From Microcoleus sp. bin38.metabat.b11b12b14.051 (GTDB lineage Bacteria > Cyanobacteriota > Cyanobacteriia > Cyanobacteriales > Microcoleaceae): a stretch of DNA of 64,000 nt. The notes under the pieces are model-generated. The model saw only the letters and a list, made by a program, of their open reading frames with translations, ran no database searches and was not told the origin of the DNA. Location: positions 14,949 to 78,948 of the forward strand of contig NZ_JAAFKD010000023.1 in assembly GCF_013299165.1 (NCBI RefSeq), read 5' to 3'. How positions within the stretch are numbered: the first letter of the stretch is position 1; each line of letters starts with the position of its first letter. Positions 28,270 through 38,086 of this stretch are shown piece by piece. Position numbers and translations under genes: made by a program.

Positions 28270-29923
28270 AAAAATCCTGATAGTTGAAGACGAAAGTATC
28301 ATTGCCGAAGACATTTCAGATAGTTTAATAGCTTTGGGTTATAGTATAACAGGCATTGTCTATTCTGGAGAAGAAGCGATTCAATCTGCTACTGAATTAC
28401 GACCAGATTTAATTTTGATGGATGTTAACTTGCAAGGAGAAATAGACGGCATTACAGCAGCAGAAGAAATTCGGGGACTATTTCATATTCCGGTAGTTTA
28501 TTTGACAGCTTATGCTGATGAAAACACTTTGCGACGGGTCAATGCAACGCAACCATTCGGTTATATTGTCAAACCCTTTGAGGAAAAAAATTTACACACA
28601 ACTATTCAATTAGCTCTCCACCGACACGAGCACGATAGCTTGACAAATTTGCCCAATCGTTCGCTGTTACGAGAGCAGCTAAGTCTGGTATTAGACAATC
28701 AAAAAGAATTCCCAGCAATGATTCCAGTTTTGACTCTGAGCTTAGATAGAATAAACCGGATTAACAGTACCTTGGGCCACGATATCGGCGATTCCGTACT
28801 TTGCAAAGTTGCCGAGCGGCTGAGCAACTTCACGGATCAAATTAATATAGTGGCTCGTTTGGAATCTGCCGAATTTGGGATTGCGATCAAACCAGTTGCG
28901 GAAAGACAGGATGCTGCCAAGATTGCTCGCAATATTTTAGATATTGTCGCCCAACCTATGATTGTTAAAGGCTCGGAACTCTACGTGACGGCAAGTATCG
29001 GCATTTCTTTATCTCCGGAGGACGGCTGCGATGGAGAGGAGCTACTGAAAAATGCTTATAGCGCCATGTGCAATTCTCAGGAGCGAGGAGGCAATAAGTA
29101 TGAGTTTTATACTGCCAAAACAGCGATTAATTCTATCAACAAATTAACTCAAGAAACTTGCCTCCGCCATGCTTTAAAAAGGTCTGAATTTGAAGTTTAC
29201 TATGAGCCGCAAATAGAAATCAAAACTGGGAAAATCATTGGTGCTGAAGCTTTGGTGCGCTGGAACCATCCAAAAAGGGGCAGAGTTTCCCCGGCGGAAT
29301 TTATTCCAATGGCAGAAGAAATGGGTTTGATTGCACCGCTGGGCGAATGGGTGTTAGAGACTGCTTGCAGGCAAACTCAAGCTTGGCAAACAGAGGGTTT
29401 GCCTCCGCTGCGGGTAGCCGTCAACTTGTCGGCCCGCCAGTTTGAGAAAAAAAATTTGACGGAGAGAGTTAGCGAGATATTGAAAGAAACTAATCTCGAT
29501 CCTAAATGCCTGCAATTAGAATTGACGGAAGGTCTGATTTTGCAAGATGAAAAAGCTGCCGCTCGAACTTTTACGGTGTGGAGAGATATGGGGATTCAGA
29601 TCGCAATTGATGATTTCGGTACGGGATATTCTTCTTTGAGCTATCCGAAACGCTTGCCGTTTGATGCCATCAAAATTGACAAGAGTTTTATTCGCGATAT
29701 CGCCGACGATCGCCAAAATGCAGCGATTACGGTAGCGATTATTCAAATGGCACACTGCATGAACATGACTGTGATTGCTGAAGGGGTAGAAAATCAGCAG
29801 GAATTGGCTTTTTTGTGCGATCGCGACTGCGATGAAATTCAAGGGCATTTTTTCAGTCATGCTTTGCCAAAGCTTGAGTTTGAAGCGCTGCTCAAAAGCG
29901 GTAAGTGCTGGAAGTTCAGTTGA
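28259..29923 (+). CDS. Response regulator with degenerate GGDEF and EAL domains
   Basis: REC (ILIVEDE, LILMD); GGDEF position reads ARLESAEF; GAEALVRW and IDDFGTGYSSL are present. Confidence 0.9.
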   Translation: MLARKILIVEDESIIAEDISDSLIALGYSITGIVYSGEEAIQSATELRPDLILMDVNLQGEIDGITAAEEIRGLFHIPVVYLTAYADENTLRRVNATQPFGYIVKPFEEKNLHTTIQLALHRHEHDSLTNLPNRSLLREQLSLVLDNQKEFPAMIPVLTLSLDRINRINSTLGHDIGDSVLCKVAERLSNFTDQINIVARLESAEFGIAIKPVAERQDAAKIARNILDIVAQPMIVKGSELYVTASIGISLSPEDGCDGEELLKNAYSAMCNSQERGGNKYEFYTAKTAINSINKLTQETCLRHALKRSEFEVYYEPQIEIKTGKIIGAEALVRWNHPKRGRVSPAEFIPMAEEMGLIAPLGEWVLETACRQTQAWQTEGLPPLRVAVNLSARQFEKKNLTERVSEILKETNLDPKCLQLELTEGLILQDEKAAARTFTVWRDMGIQIAIDDFGTGYSSLSYPKRLPFDAIKIDKSFIRDIADDRQNAAITVAIIQMAHCMNMTVIAEGVENQQELAFLCDRDCDEIQGHFFSHALPKLEFEALLKSGKCWKFS

Positions 29924-30070
29924 CAGTTGACAGTTGACAGTTGACAGGTAATGGGTAATGGGTAATGGGTAATGGGTAATGGGTAATGACTAATGACTAA
30001 TGACTAATGACTAATGACCAATGACCACCCTTCGGCTACGCGAGCGGGTAAAATGACCAATGACTAATGA
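29918..30070. repeat. Composite heptamer STRR array
   Basis: (AGTTGAC)n, (GGTAATG)n and (ACTAATG/ACCAATG)n blocks with an embedded CCCTTCGGCTACGC element. Confidence 0.9.
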
Positions 30071-31374
30071 CTAACCAACCAATATCCCAACCACAGCCCG
30101 AAACCGGAACTAACGACTAACAAGATAAATGTGTACAGCCCGCGGCCTGTGGCGATCGACCTTTCAGCAGCTACCATCCGCGCCACAACTCCAGCAATAA
30201 CTCCCATCGCCGCCCAAGCCCCGTAAACAGTCTTAGAGCCGGCGATGGCCAAGGCCCCAGCCAAAGCGCCCGAACCCCCGCCAGCCAAAGCGCCCGCCCA
30301 CGCCCCCATCCCCAGCCCGATCGCACCTGAGAGCCCGACGGGGCCCCGGGAATTCACCCCTACTTCCGCCGCCAGCCCGCACGTCAAGCCGACAATCCCC
30401 CAGCACACCGCCATCACCAAGGCCCTCACCCAATCGCCAGAACCCGTTCCCGCCAGAAATCCTACCACTGTGGTAACTCCCGCCCCCGCCAACACTACAG
30501 CCACGGCCAGAGACTCGGCGGCAGAACTGGCGATCGCCCCCAAACCAGCACCAACTAGCGCCCAAGCAGCCCCTGTTACCATTCCTCCCGCTTGAAAACC
30601 GACGAGCGACCCCCCCACCGCACCCGCAGAAACCAACGCCGCCAGCCACACTCTAGGCGTCGCCGAACCCTCGGCAAGCAAAATCGCAGCCCACAGCAAA
30701 TCCGCACCGCAGATTAAAGTCCACATCCACGGCGGGGCTTCAAATTTCGTCAAAATGCAGCCCGTCACAGCGTAACTCGCCACGGCGATTGTCAGCGGCC
30801 CCCAAGGTTGGCTTGAATAGTTTTGAGATAGTCGCGGTTTTGAGTATTGAGTCGGAAATTCTTGTTTCCGGTTCAAAGTAAAGTGTGGATACTTGGGAGA
30901 TGGGCGCGCTTCCCTCGCCACCCTGCGCCCAGATGGCTTTTTCCGGGCCCACCACGGGCGATTTTGAACAGTCAATCGTTTCTTGTGTTTGGAGTTGTTT
31001 TGAGTTGAAACTTTTGGGGAGGCGGCTTTTGGGCGGGGTTGACTGCGCTGGGAACCAAGCTTAGCGGCTGATTTTCCCGATCGCCTCCTCAGGGGCTTTT
31101 CTAGTGGCTTTTCCGCAGGTGGTGGTGGGGGCGGTTGCTGAACCTCTGGAGCGATCGAACTCGGTTGAGGCTGACTCAGAAACAAAAGCAACTCGTCGTA
31201 AGCTTGATTGATTTCTGTTAATCTTTGTTGAGCTTTTTGTTGCAGGCGATCGTTGTGGGCAAACCGATCGGGATGCCACACAAACGCTAAATCCCTGTAA
31301 GCGTGCTTAATTTCTTCTAAGGAAGCTCCCAGCTCTATTTCGAGGATTTCGTAGCATCGATTAATGTCACCCAT
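30064..31374 (-). CDS. J-domain (DnaJ-like) protein with Pro-rich linker and Gly/Ala-rich TM C-terminus
   Basis: YEILEIELGASLEEIKHAYRDLAFVWHPDRF; ATG 31374 preferred, with 31455 as the alternative. Confidence 0.85.
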   Translation of the reverse strand: MGDINRCYEILEIELGASLEEIKHAYRDLAFVWHPDRFAHNDRLQQKAQQRLTEINQAYDELLLFLSQPQPSSIAPEVQQPPPPPPAEKPLEKPLRRRSGKSAAKLGSQRSQPRPKAASPKVSTQNNSKHKKRLTVQNRPWWARKKPSGRRVAREARPSPKYPHFTLNRKQEFPTQYSKPRLSQNYSSQPWGPLTIAVASYAVTGCILTKFEAPPWMWTLICGADLLWAAILLAEGSATPRVWLAALVSAGAVGGSLVGFQAGGMVTGAAWALVGAGLGAIASSAAESLAVAVVLAGAGVTTVVGFLAGTGSGDWVRALVMAVCWGIVGLTCGLAAEVGVNSRGPVGLSGAIGLGMGAWAGALAGGGSGALAGALAIAGSKTVYGAWAAMGVIAGVVARMVAAERSIATGRGLYTFILLVVSSGFGLWLGYWLVSH

Positions 31375-31632
31375 AAGCTGCGATCGGCAGGCGTTGGTAA
31401 ATGTGCGTGAAGCGAAGCTATCCCGTAGGGAATCGTACTTCTTATCTTCTACCATTCTCGGCCAAGCTGCACATTAAGCCGATCGAGCGATTTGGGATTT
31501 GAGATTTTGAGATTTGAGATTTGGGATTGAAGAATTGGGAATCATTTATTCTATAAGGGTTTAGAGCTTTTTTGCGGTTGCGTTCGGTTTTTCAACTGGG
31601 ATGACAACTGGGTAGAATGGAAAAATAGTTTC

Positions 31633-34600
31633 GTGCGATCGCAATCTGTGTCAGTGACGGCAAATCAACCTCCTACCTTCATCTTAGTTGACGGCCACTC
31701 CCTGGCCTTTCGCTCCTACTTCGCCTTTTCCAAAAGTCGAGACGGAGGCTTGCGAACTACCACGGGCATTCCCACCAGCGTCTGTTATGGGTTTCTCAAG
31801 TCGCTGCTGGAAGTTATGGCCGTCCACGATCCCCAGTACATGGCGATCGCCTTTGACCTCGCCACGCCCACTTTTCGCCACGAAGCAGACGAAACCTACA
31901 AAGCCGGTCGTCCCGAAACCCCCGAAGATTTCATCCCCGATCTCAAAAACCTGCAAGAACTTCTGGGCTATCTCAATTTACCAGCAGTCACCGCTGGGGG
32001 CTACGAAGCCGACGACGTTTTGGGAACTTTGGCTAACAAAGCCAGCGCTGCGGGTTATGCGGTTAAAATCTTGACGGGCGATCGAGATTTGTTTCAATTA
32101 GTAGCAACCGAGAAAAACATCAGCGTACTATACTTGAGCACGGATGAACTCAGGCGATCGGGCAAAGGCAAATCCCAAGCATACGGCCCGGAAGAAGTCA
32201 AAGCCAAACTCGGCATTTTGCCCCCACAAGTAATAGATTACAAAGCCCTCTGCGGCGACAAATCCGACAACATTCCCGGAGTCAAAGGCATCGGCGACAA
32301 AACCGCCCTGCAATTGTTGGAAGCTTACAATACTCTAGATGGGATCTATGCAGCGATCGATGAGATTAAAGGCGCAACTAAGAAAAAGCTAGAAGAAGGC
32401 AAAGAAGCCGCCTATCATTCTCAAAAAATGGCGACAATTGTCCAAGAAGTCCCCTTAGAAATCAATTTAGAAGATTGCCAGCTCAAAGGTTTTGATGAAG
32501 CAGCATTGATTCCGATGCTGGAAAAGTTGGAATTTAAAACATTTTTAACCAAAGTTAAACAAATTCAAAAGCGGTTCGGTGGCACTCTTATTGACGAATC
32601 ATCCTCGCTCCCAGGATCTACCTCGACTGAAAATACAGGAAAAGAACCCTTAGAAAAGAGCGGGGAAGATGCCAATTCCCCAATTAATGACTCAGAAAAA
32701 AGCGGGCAAGATGCCCACGCCACATCACATCAAACTTCTGAAAATTCAGAAGTAGACGAATTGTGGTTTTGGAGTTCTGCTGACACCAAAGCCGCCCAGC
32801 AGGAAAACAAACTGCCAATTAAACCGCGCATCATTCAAACAACCGAACAGTTAACCGAATTAGTTCAACTGCTGCAAACCCATACCGACAAATCCTCACC
32901 CGTGGCGTGGGATACCGAAACCACCGCCTTAGAAGCGCGAGACGCCGAATTAGTTGGAATTGGCTGCTGTTGGGGAACCGGAGAACAGGATTTAGCTTAC
33001 ATTCCCACCGGACACAAAACGGGCACAAACTTAGACAAAGCCACAGTTTTAAATGCTTTGCGTCCGATTTTGGAAGGCGAGAATTATCCGAAGGCGCTGC
33101 AAAATGCTAAATTCGATCGATCGATCCTGCGCTGTCAAGGCATCAAACTAATCGGAGTCGTGTTTGACACCATGCTAGCCAGTTACGTACTCAACCCAGA
33201 AACCAGCCACAGTCTCAGCGAATTGTCAAGGAAATACTTAGGCATTGTCGCCGAAAGTTACAAGGAATTAGTACCGAAAAACAAAACAATTGCTGACATC
33301 AGCATTGTCAAAGTAGCTGACTACTGCGGCATGGACGTTCATACTACATTTCAGTTAGTAGGTAAACTTAGAGCAGAATTGGATAAAGCTGATGAAGGTA
33401 GCTTTCCCGGAAAATCTTTGCACGAGTTACTACTGAAAGTAGAACAGCCCCTCGAACCAGTTTTAGCAGAAATGGAATACTGCGGTATTCGCATTAATTC
33501 AGCTTATCTCAATACCCTTTCCCAAGAGCTAGAAGTAAAATTAGCAAAATTAGAAGAAAATACCTATGAAGCAGCGGGAAGAAAGTTCAATTTAGGTTCG
33601 CCGAAACAACTCAGCGAAATCTTGTTAGAAAAAATCCCCGAAGAGTTTCAGAAAAAGTCTCGCAAAACCAAAACAGGATACTCGACAGACGCTGCTGTTT
33701 TGGATAAATTGCAAGGAGACCACCCGATTGTAGACGATTTATTGGAACACCGAACCTTATCCAAATTGAAATCAACTTATGTCGATGCTTTGCCGCAGTT
33801 GGTGCGTGCCGATACCGGGCGAGTGCATACAGATTTCAACCAAGCTGCAACGGGCACGGGCCGGCTTTCTTCTTCCAATCCCAATTTACAAAATATTCCC
33901 ATCCGCACCGAGTTTTCGCGGCAAATTCGCAAGGCTTTTTTACCAGAGTCTGGTTGGCTGATGGTGTCGGCTGACTATTCTCAGATTGAATTGCGAATTT
34001 TGGCTCATTTGAGTCAAGAACCTGTGTTAATTGAAGCTTACCAAAATAATCGAGACGTGCATACCGTGACGGCTCAACTGCTGTTTGAAAAGGAGGAAGT
34101 CACGCCGGATGAACGGCGGTTTGGTAAAACGATTAATTTTGGGGTAATCTATGGTATGGGAGCGATTAAGTTTGGGCGATCGATGGGCAAATCGTCCGCA
34201 GATGGTAAAAAGTTTATTGAACGATTTAACCAGCGTTACAGTAAAGTGTTTGAATATTTGGAAAAAGTAAAAAAAGATGCGATCGCCCTAGGCTACGTTT
34301 CCACAATCCTAGGCCGCCGCCGCTACCTAAACTTCGAGAGCAAAACATTCAGCGACTTAAAAGGCAGCAACCCCGAAGACATTCACTCCAGCCTACTTAA
34401 ATCCCTCACCAAAAATGACGCCCAATCTTTGCGGGCCGCCGCCAACGCTCCAATTCAAGGCTCCAGTGCTGATATCATTAAACTTGCCATGATTGAGGTA
34501 CACAAAATTTTGCCCGACTATCAGGCGCGGCTGCTGCTGCAAGTTCATGACGAATTAATCTTTGAAGTCCCTCCCGATGAATGGGAAGAATTGCAGCCGA

Positions 34601-34692
34601 AAATTAGAACGGCGATGGAAAATGCCCTGCCACTTAGTGTACCGCTGGTAGTTGACATCCATGCGGGGCAGAATTGGATGGAAACTAAATAG
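31633..34692 (+). CDS. polA: DNA polymerase I
   Basis: 5'-3' exonuclease (LVDGHSLAFR, GDKSDNIPGV), 3'-5' exonuclease-like WDTETT, polymerase motifs ADYSQIELR, KTINFGVIYG and QVHDEL. Confidence 0.98.
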   Translation: MRSQSVSVTANQPPTFILVDGHSLAFRSYFAFSKSRDGGLRTTTGIPTSVCYGFLKSLLEVMAVHDPQYMAIAFDLATPTFRHEADETYKAGRPETPEDFIPDLKNLQELLGYLNLPAVTAGGYEADDVLGTLANKASAAGYAVKILTGDRDLFQLVATEKNISVLYLSTDELRRSGKGKSQAYGPEEVKAKLGILPPQVIDYKALCGDKSDNIPGVKGIGDKTALQLLEAYNTLDGIYAAIDEIKGATKKKLEEGKEAAYHSQKMATIVQEVPLEINLEDCQLKGFDEAALIPMLEKLEFKTFLTKVKQIQKRFGGTLIDESSSLPGSTSTENTGKEPLEKSGEDANSPINDSEKSGQDAHATSHQTSENSEVDELWFWSSADTKAAQQENKLPIKPRIIQTTEQLTELVQLLQTHTDKSSPVAWDTETTALEARDAELVGIGCCWGTGEQDLAYIPTGHKTGTNLDKATVLNALRPILEGENYPKALQNAKFDRSILRCQGIKLIGVVFDTMLASYVLNPETSHSLSELSRKYLGIVAESYKELVPKNKTIADISIVKVADYCGMDVHTTFQLVGKLRAELDKADEGSFPGKSLHELLLKVEQPLEPVLAEMEYCGIRINSAYLNTLSQELEVKLAKLEENTYEAAGRKFNLGSPKQLSEILLEKIPEEFQKKSRKTKTGYSTDAAVLDKLQGDHPIVDDLLEHRTLSKLKSTYVDALPQLVRADTGRVHTDFNQAATGTGRLSSSNPNLQNIPIRTEFSRQIRKAFLPESGWLMVSADYSQIELRILAHLSQEPVLIEAYQNNRDVHTVTAQLLFEKEEVTPDERRFGKTINFGVIYGMGAIKFGRSMGKSSADGKKFIERFNQRYSKVFEYLEKVKKDAIALGYVSTILGRRRYLNFESKTFSDLKGSNPEDIHSSLLKSLTKNDAQSLRAAANAPIQGSSADIIKLAMIEVHKILPDYQARLLLQVHDELIFEVPPDEWEELQPKIRTAMENALPLSVPLVVDIHAGQNWMETK

Positions 34693-34903
34693 ATAGCAGT
34701 TACCTCACTTTTTGGAGAAAACAATTAAGATTATGGGCGCAGAAGAATTACCTTCCTGGCAGAATTTAAATCATTTAAAAAAGCGTGCCGCCGATTTACA
34801 ATTACACTTTTCTCAAGCAGCTCAAAAAATGCAATCCGGGGGAACTCCTTTATCTCAAAATTTGGTTGAATAATTAACTATCTACCGCCAATATTTTGAG
34901 GAA

Positions 34904-35653
34904 ATGCGGAGCAAATTCTACAAATTTTTCAGCCCAAAAACAGCCGCAATTCCGGAGAATATTTCTCTACAAGATATGGAAACATTGCTGCTAAAAGCCG
35001 AAGTAGCAAAGATTCCCACTTGGCATCACTGTATTGACCTCGGTTGCGGAGTCATCACTCCCGGCGGAGGCAAAACTTCTTCTCCCGAAACCGAACTAAA
35101 AATCGGACTTCCTGAAAGTTTAGCAGGAATGACTGTTTTAGATGTTGGTGCTTGGGATGGATTTTACTCTTTTGCCGCAGAAAGGCGCGGGGCTAAGCGC
35201 GTTTTGGCGACGGATTCTTTTGTTTGGCGATCCCCCGATATTGGCAAAGCAGGATTTGAACTGGCGCGCACAGTGCTTGAGTCTCAAGTTGAGGATATGG
35301 AAATAGATGTGCTGGAACTTTCGCCGGAGAAAGTAGGGGTTTTTGATGTGGTTTTGTTATTGGGAGTGCTTTACCACATGAGACATCCCCTCCTAGCTCT
35401 CGATCGCGTTTTCAGTGTCACCGGCAAGCTGTTAATATTAGAAACTCACGTTGATATGCTCGATTGTTCGAGACCAGCCGCAGCCTTTTACTGTGGCGCC
35501 GAACTGAACAACGATCCCACGAATTGGTTCGGGCCAAATCCTCTGGCGGTGAAAGGGATGCTCGAAAGTTCAGGATTCCGAGACATCAAACTTGTCAATA
35601 CTGCTCAGGTTAGCGGTACTTGCGCCCGGATGGTTTTTCACGCTTGGCGTTAG
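34904..35653 (+). CDS. Class I SAM methyltransferase (DUF1698/CmoB-like)
   Basis: WHHCIDLG...TVLDVGAWDGFYSF...FDVVLLLGVLYHMRHP. Confidence 0.8.
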   Translation: MRSKFYKFFSPKTAAIPENISLQDMETLLLKAEVAKIPTWHHCIDLGCGVITPGGGKTSSPETELKIGLPESLAGMTVLDVGAWDGFYSFAAERRGAKRVLATDSFVWRSPDIGKAGFELARTVLESQVEDMEIDVLELSPEKVGVFDVVLLLGVLYHMRHPLLALDRVFSVTGKLLILETHVDMLDCSRPAAAFYCGAELNNDPTNWFGPNPLAVKGMLESSGFRDIKLVNTAQVSGTCARMVFHAWR

Positions 35654-35719
35654 GGATTGACTGAAAGTGTGCCCCATTTATCTGAACACAAAAATGCCAA
35701 CTAATAAACAGACACAAAT

Positions 35720-36292
35720 ATGAACCAAACCAAAATCACCCTTTCTCCTAAAATCACCAGCTTGAGCGCAGTTGTTCTGCTATTCCTACTCTCCGGCTGT
35801 CCGCAAAAGCTACCGCCCAACAACTATGCTGTCAAACGAGTCAGCGACGGCGATACCCTTGTCGCCAGCGATGCCGCCGGGAAAGATATCAAAGTACGTT
35901 TTGCCTGCATAGATGCACCGGAAATTGCTCACACCAACGCTGAAAAAAATAGCAAAAAAGCAGCAGATAAAAATCAGTTTAAATGGGGAAATCTCGCCGA
36001 GGAAAGAATGCAGCAGCTCGTCAAAGAAGGGGGCGGTCGCGTCGTTTTGACAGTCACGGATACTGACCGCTACGGTCGCAAAGTTAGCGAAGTTCGCTTC
36101 CCAAACGGCACATTTGCTCAAGAAGTTTTGCTGCGCGAAGGATTAGCAATGGTTTACACTCCGTACTTGAAAAACTGTCCTAGTGCAACAGTTGTGAAAC
36201 AAGCGGAAGCCGAAGCGAAGAAAAATCGCCGCGGTATTTGGGGAGATTCTAAGTTTGTGCCAGCTTGGAATTTTCGGCACAGCGATAAATGA
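35720..36292 (+). CDS. Thermonuclease (SNase-like) lipoprotein
   Basis: Lipobox LLSGC; VSDGDT, VRFACIDAPE, DRYGR, EAEAKKNRRGIW. Confidence 0.92.
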   Translation: MNQTKITLSPKITSLSAVVLLFLLSGCPQKLPPNNYAVKRVSDGDTLVASDAAGKDIKVRFACIDAPEIAHTNAEKNSKKAADKNQFKWGNLAEERMQQLVKEGGGRVVLTVTDTDRYGRKVSEVRFPNGTFAQEVLLREGLAMVYTPYLKNCPSATVVKQAEAEAKKNRRGIWGDSKFVPAWNFRHSDK

Positions 36293-36298
36293 TGGGAA

Positions 36299-36508
36299 CA
36301 GTTGACAGTTGACAGTTGACAGAAGAGCCCCGAGCGGAGTCGAGGGGTTGACAGTTGACAGAAGAGCCCCGAGCGAAGTCGAGGGGTTGACAGCTTGCGC
36401 TGAGCGACTTGCCCCGAGCGAAGTCGAGGGGAGTCGAAGAGTTGACAGTTGACAGAAGAGCCCCGAGCGAAGTCGAGGGGTTGACAGTTGATAGTTGACA
36501 GTTGACAG
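36299..36508. repeat. (AGTTGAC)n STRR interrupted by four GAGCCCCGAGCG(A/G)AGTCGAGGGG-type units
   Basis: Direct reading of the repeated units downstream of the nuclease stop. Confidence 0.88.
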
Positions 36509-37180
36509 AAGGAAAAATCAATAAAAGATAACAAGTAAAAAACCACAAAAGAGTAATACCAAACATCAAAAATCAATGCAACAATATTGGTAGGCTGTGG
36601 ATTCATAGACAGTATCTAACAAGAGATAATAAATTAGCTAGAGCGACGCACCATCACGACAATAATTAAGGAACGTTTACTCAATTAAGAATGTTGTATT
36701 AAGGATTTTTAAAAGTTGTATAAGAAGGAAGGAAGAAGCAAGAAGCAAGAAGGCTATTAAGGATTAGCAAGCAGGTAAAAAACAAAAATTAAGTAGAAGT
36801 AATAACTAACTATTGCCTGCGGAGAGTTGTTTGTCTAGTATATAGTAGTTCATGGTAGAGATTAGAGGTAGAGGTGCCGCTCCTCATGTCCGCAATCTGT
36901 GCAGCTTGGGCGATAGCTGACAGCCTCAAAAAGGGATACAATATCCCGAATTTAGTCACGGACAGCCCCAAATTTTAGACAGCAGTTTCACCTCCAAGAT
37001 GAATCTGTGGAGTCAATCTAAAATCTAAAATCTAAAATCTAAAATCGACTGACGGCCAATTTTGATGCGAGCTTTTTTTTGAGAAAAGCCAACAAATGTG
37101 ATAGGCTCCAGATAAATCAATAGACTGCTGACAAAAGCGGTCTATTGCAATCACCCAGAAATTAGTTTGAGGGGACATCA

Positions 37181-37702
37181 ATGAATATCAAACATCTGAC
37201 TATCTCCGGCATTGCACTGCTGCTGGGTACTGCAATGGTAGGGACTGCTATTGCTCAAGAACTGACGGACGGGCAAAAAACTGTTACTTGTCGCTTAAAA
37301 AATGAATTTGAACAGCGTTCGAGCAACGGTCAAAAATTGGTTTTTTGGCCGTTGATAGGCACTGTGCGGAAGCAAGTTTCATCTCCTTTTAGAGCGACGC
37401 TGCACCCAGATACTGAGTATACTTTTGTAGCTACTTGCGACGGAAATTGCCAGGATTTAAGCCTAACTCTTAAGGATGCCAGCGGTCAGGAAATCGGTGC
37501 GAGTCAAAAGACGGGCGAACTGGTGTCAATCTCTTTTACTCCTCCATCCCAAGGTGAATATCAAATCACTGCCAAGCCAGGAGAATGCACGAAGGCAGAG
37601 GGTTGCAGTTTCGGTATGGGCATCTTCGTTCCTGTCTCTGCTAGCATACCTAATGCTTCAAAACTTCCTGCTAAAATAGCACAATTTCAACTTTGCCAGT
37701 AG
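37181..37702 (+). CDS. Secreted hypothetical protein (PPC-like beta-sandwich)
   Basis: Signal peptide ending TAIA; CDGNCQDLSLTLKDASG...FTPPSQGEYQI. Confidence 0.65.
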   Translation: MNIKHLTISGIALLLGTAMVGTAIAQELTDGQKTVTCRLKNEFEQRSSNGQKLVFWPLIGTVRKQVSSPFRATLHPDTEYTFVATCDGNCQDLSLTLKDASGQEIGASQKTGELVSISFTPPSQGEYQITAKPGECTKAEGCSFGMGIFVPVSASIPNASKLPAKIAQFQLCQ

Positions 37703-38086
37703 ACGAACAGCGATCGTAAGTTGTGAGTTGCTGGTAGAGTTGAGCCTTGAATCACAAATCTCACTCGCAACTTGCAACTTATAACTCGCTACTTATGATA
37801 TGTTCTTAATTCCTCAAACCCGGGTTTTGACGGTTTGGCTTCTTCGTTGCTTCTTTCCTGCTGCCTTTCGGCTGCGCTGAGCCTACAAGTCAAGGGAAGC
37901 GCTGACAGACAAGTCTTGCTTCTTCCTTCTTCCTTCAACATCTGCTACAGTTCGTTAACCATAACTCCTCCAAACTGTCAAGGAGGTTTCGCTGTGGAAC
38001 CGTGCAAAGACCCCATAACTGCCGAAATCAGGGCAGAAATCAGAACTTTATTTACCCTTAGCCAAGCATCAATTAGAATATAGAGA

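Noticed and set aside
30233-30649. Gly-rich and Pro/Ala-rich ORFs overlapping the J-domain gene
   Set aside because: They are shadow frames of a GC-rich, low-complexity TM-coding region.
36154-36606. Minus-strand ORFs of 150 and 106 aa
   Set aside because: They are translations of STRR and palindrome repeats (CQLSTVN, PLDFARG); not credible proteins.
36955-36995. IS3-like terminal repeat (GGACAGCCCCAAATTTTAGACAG)
   Set aside because: No partner end or transposase was found; a related CAAATTTTAGAC...AATCTAAAATCGACT composite occurs at about 60184-60281, so it belongs to a local repeat family.
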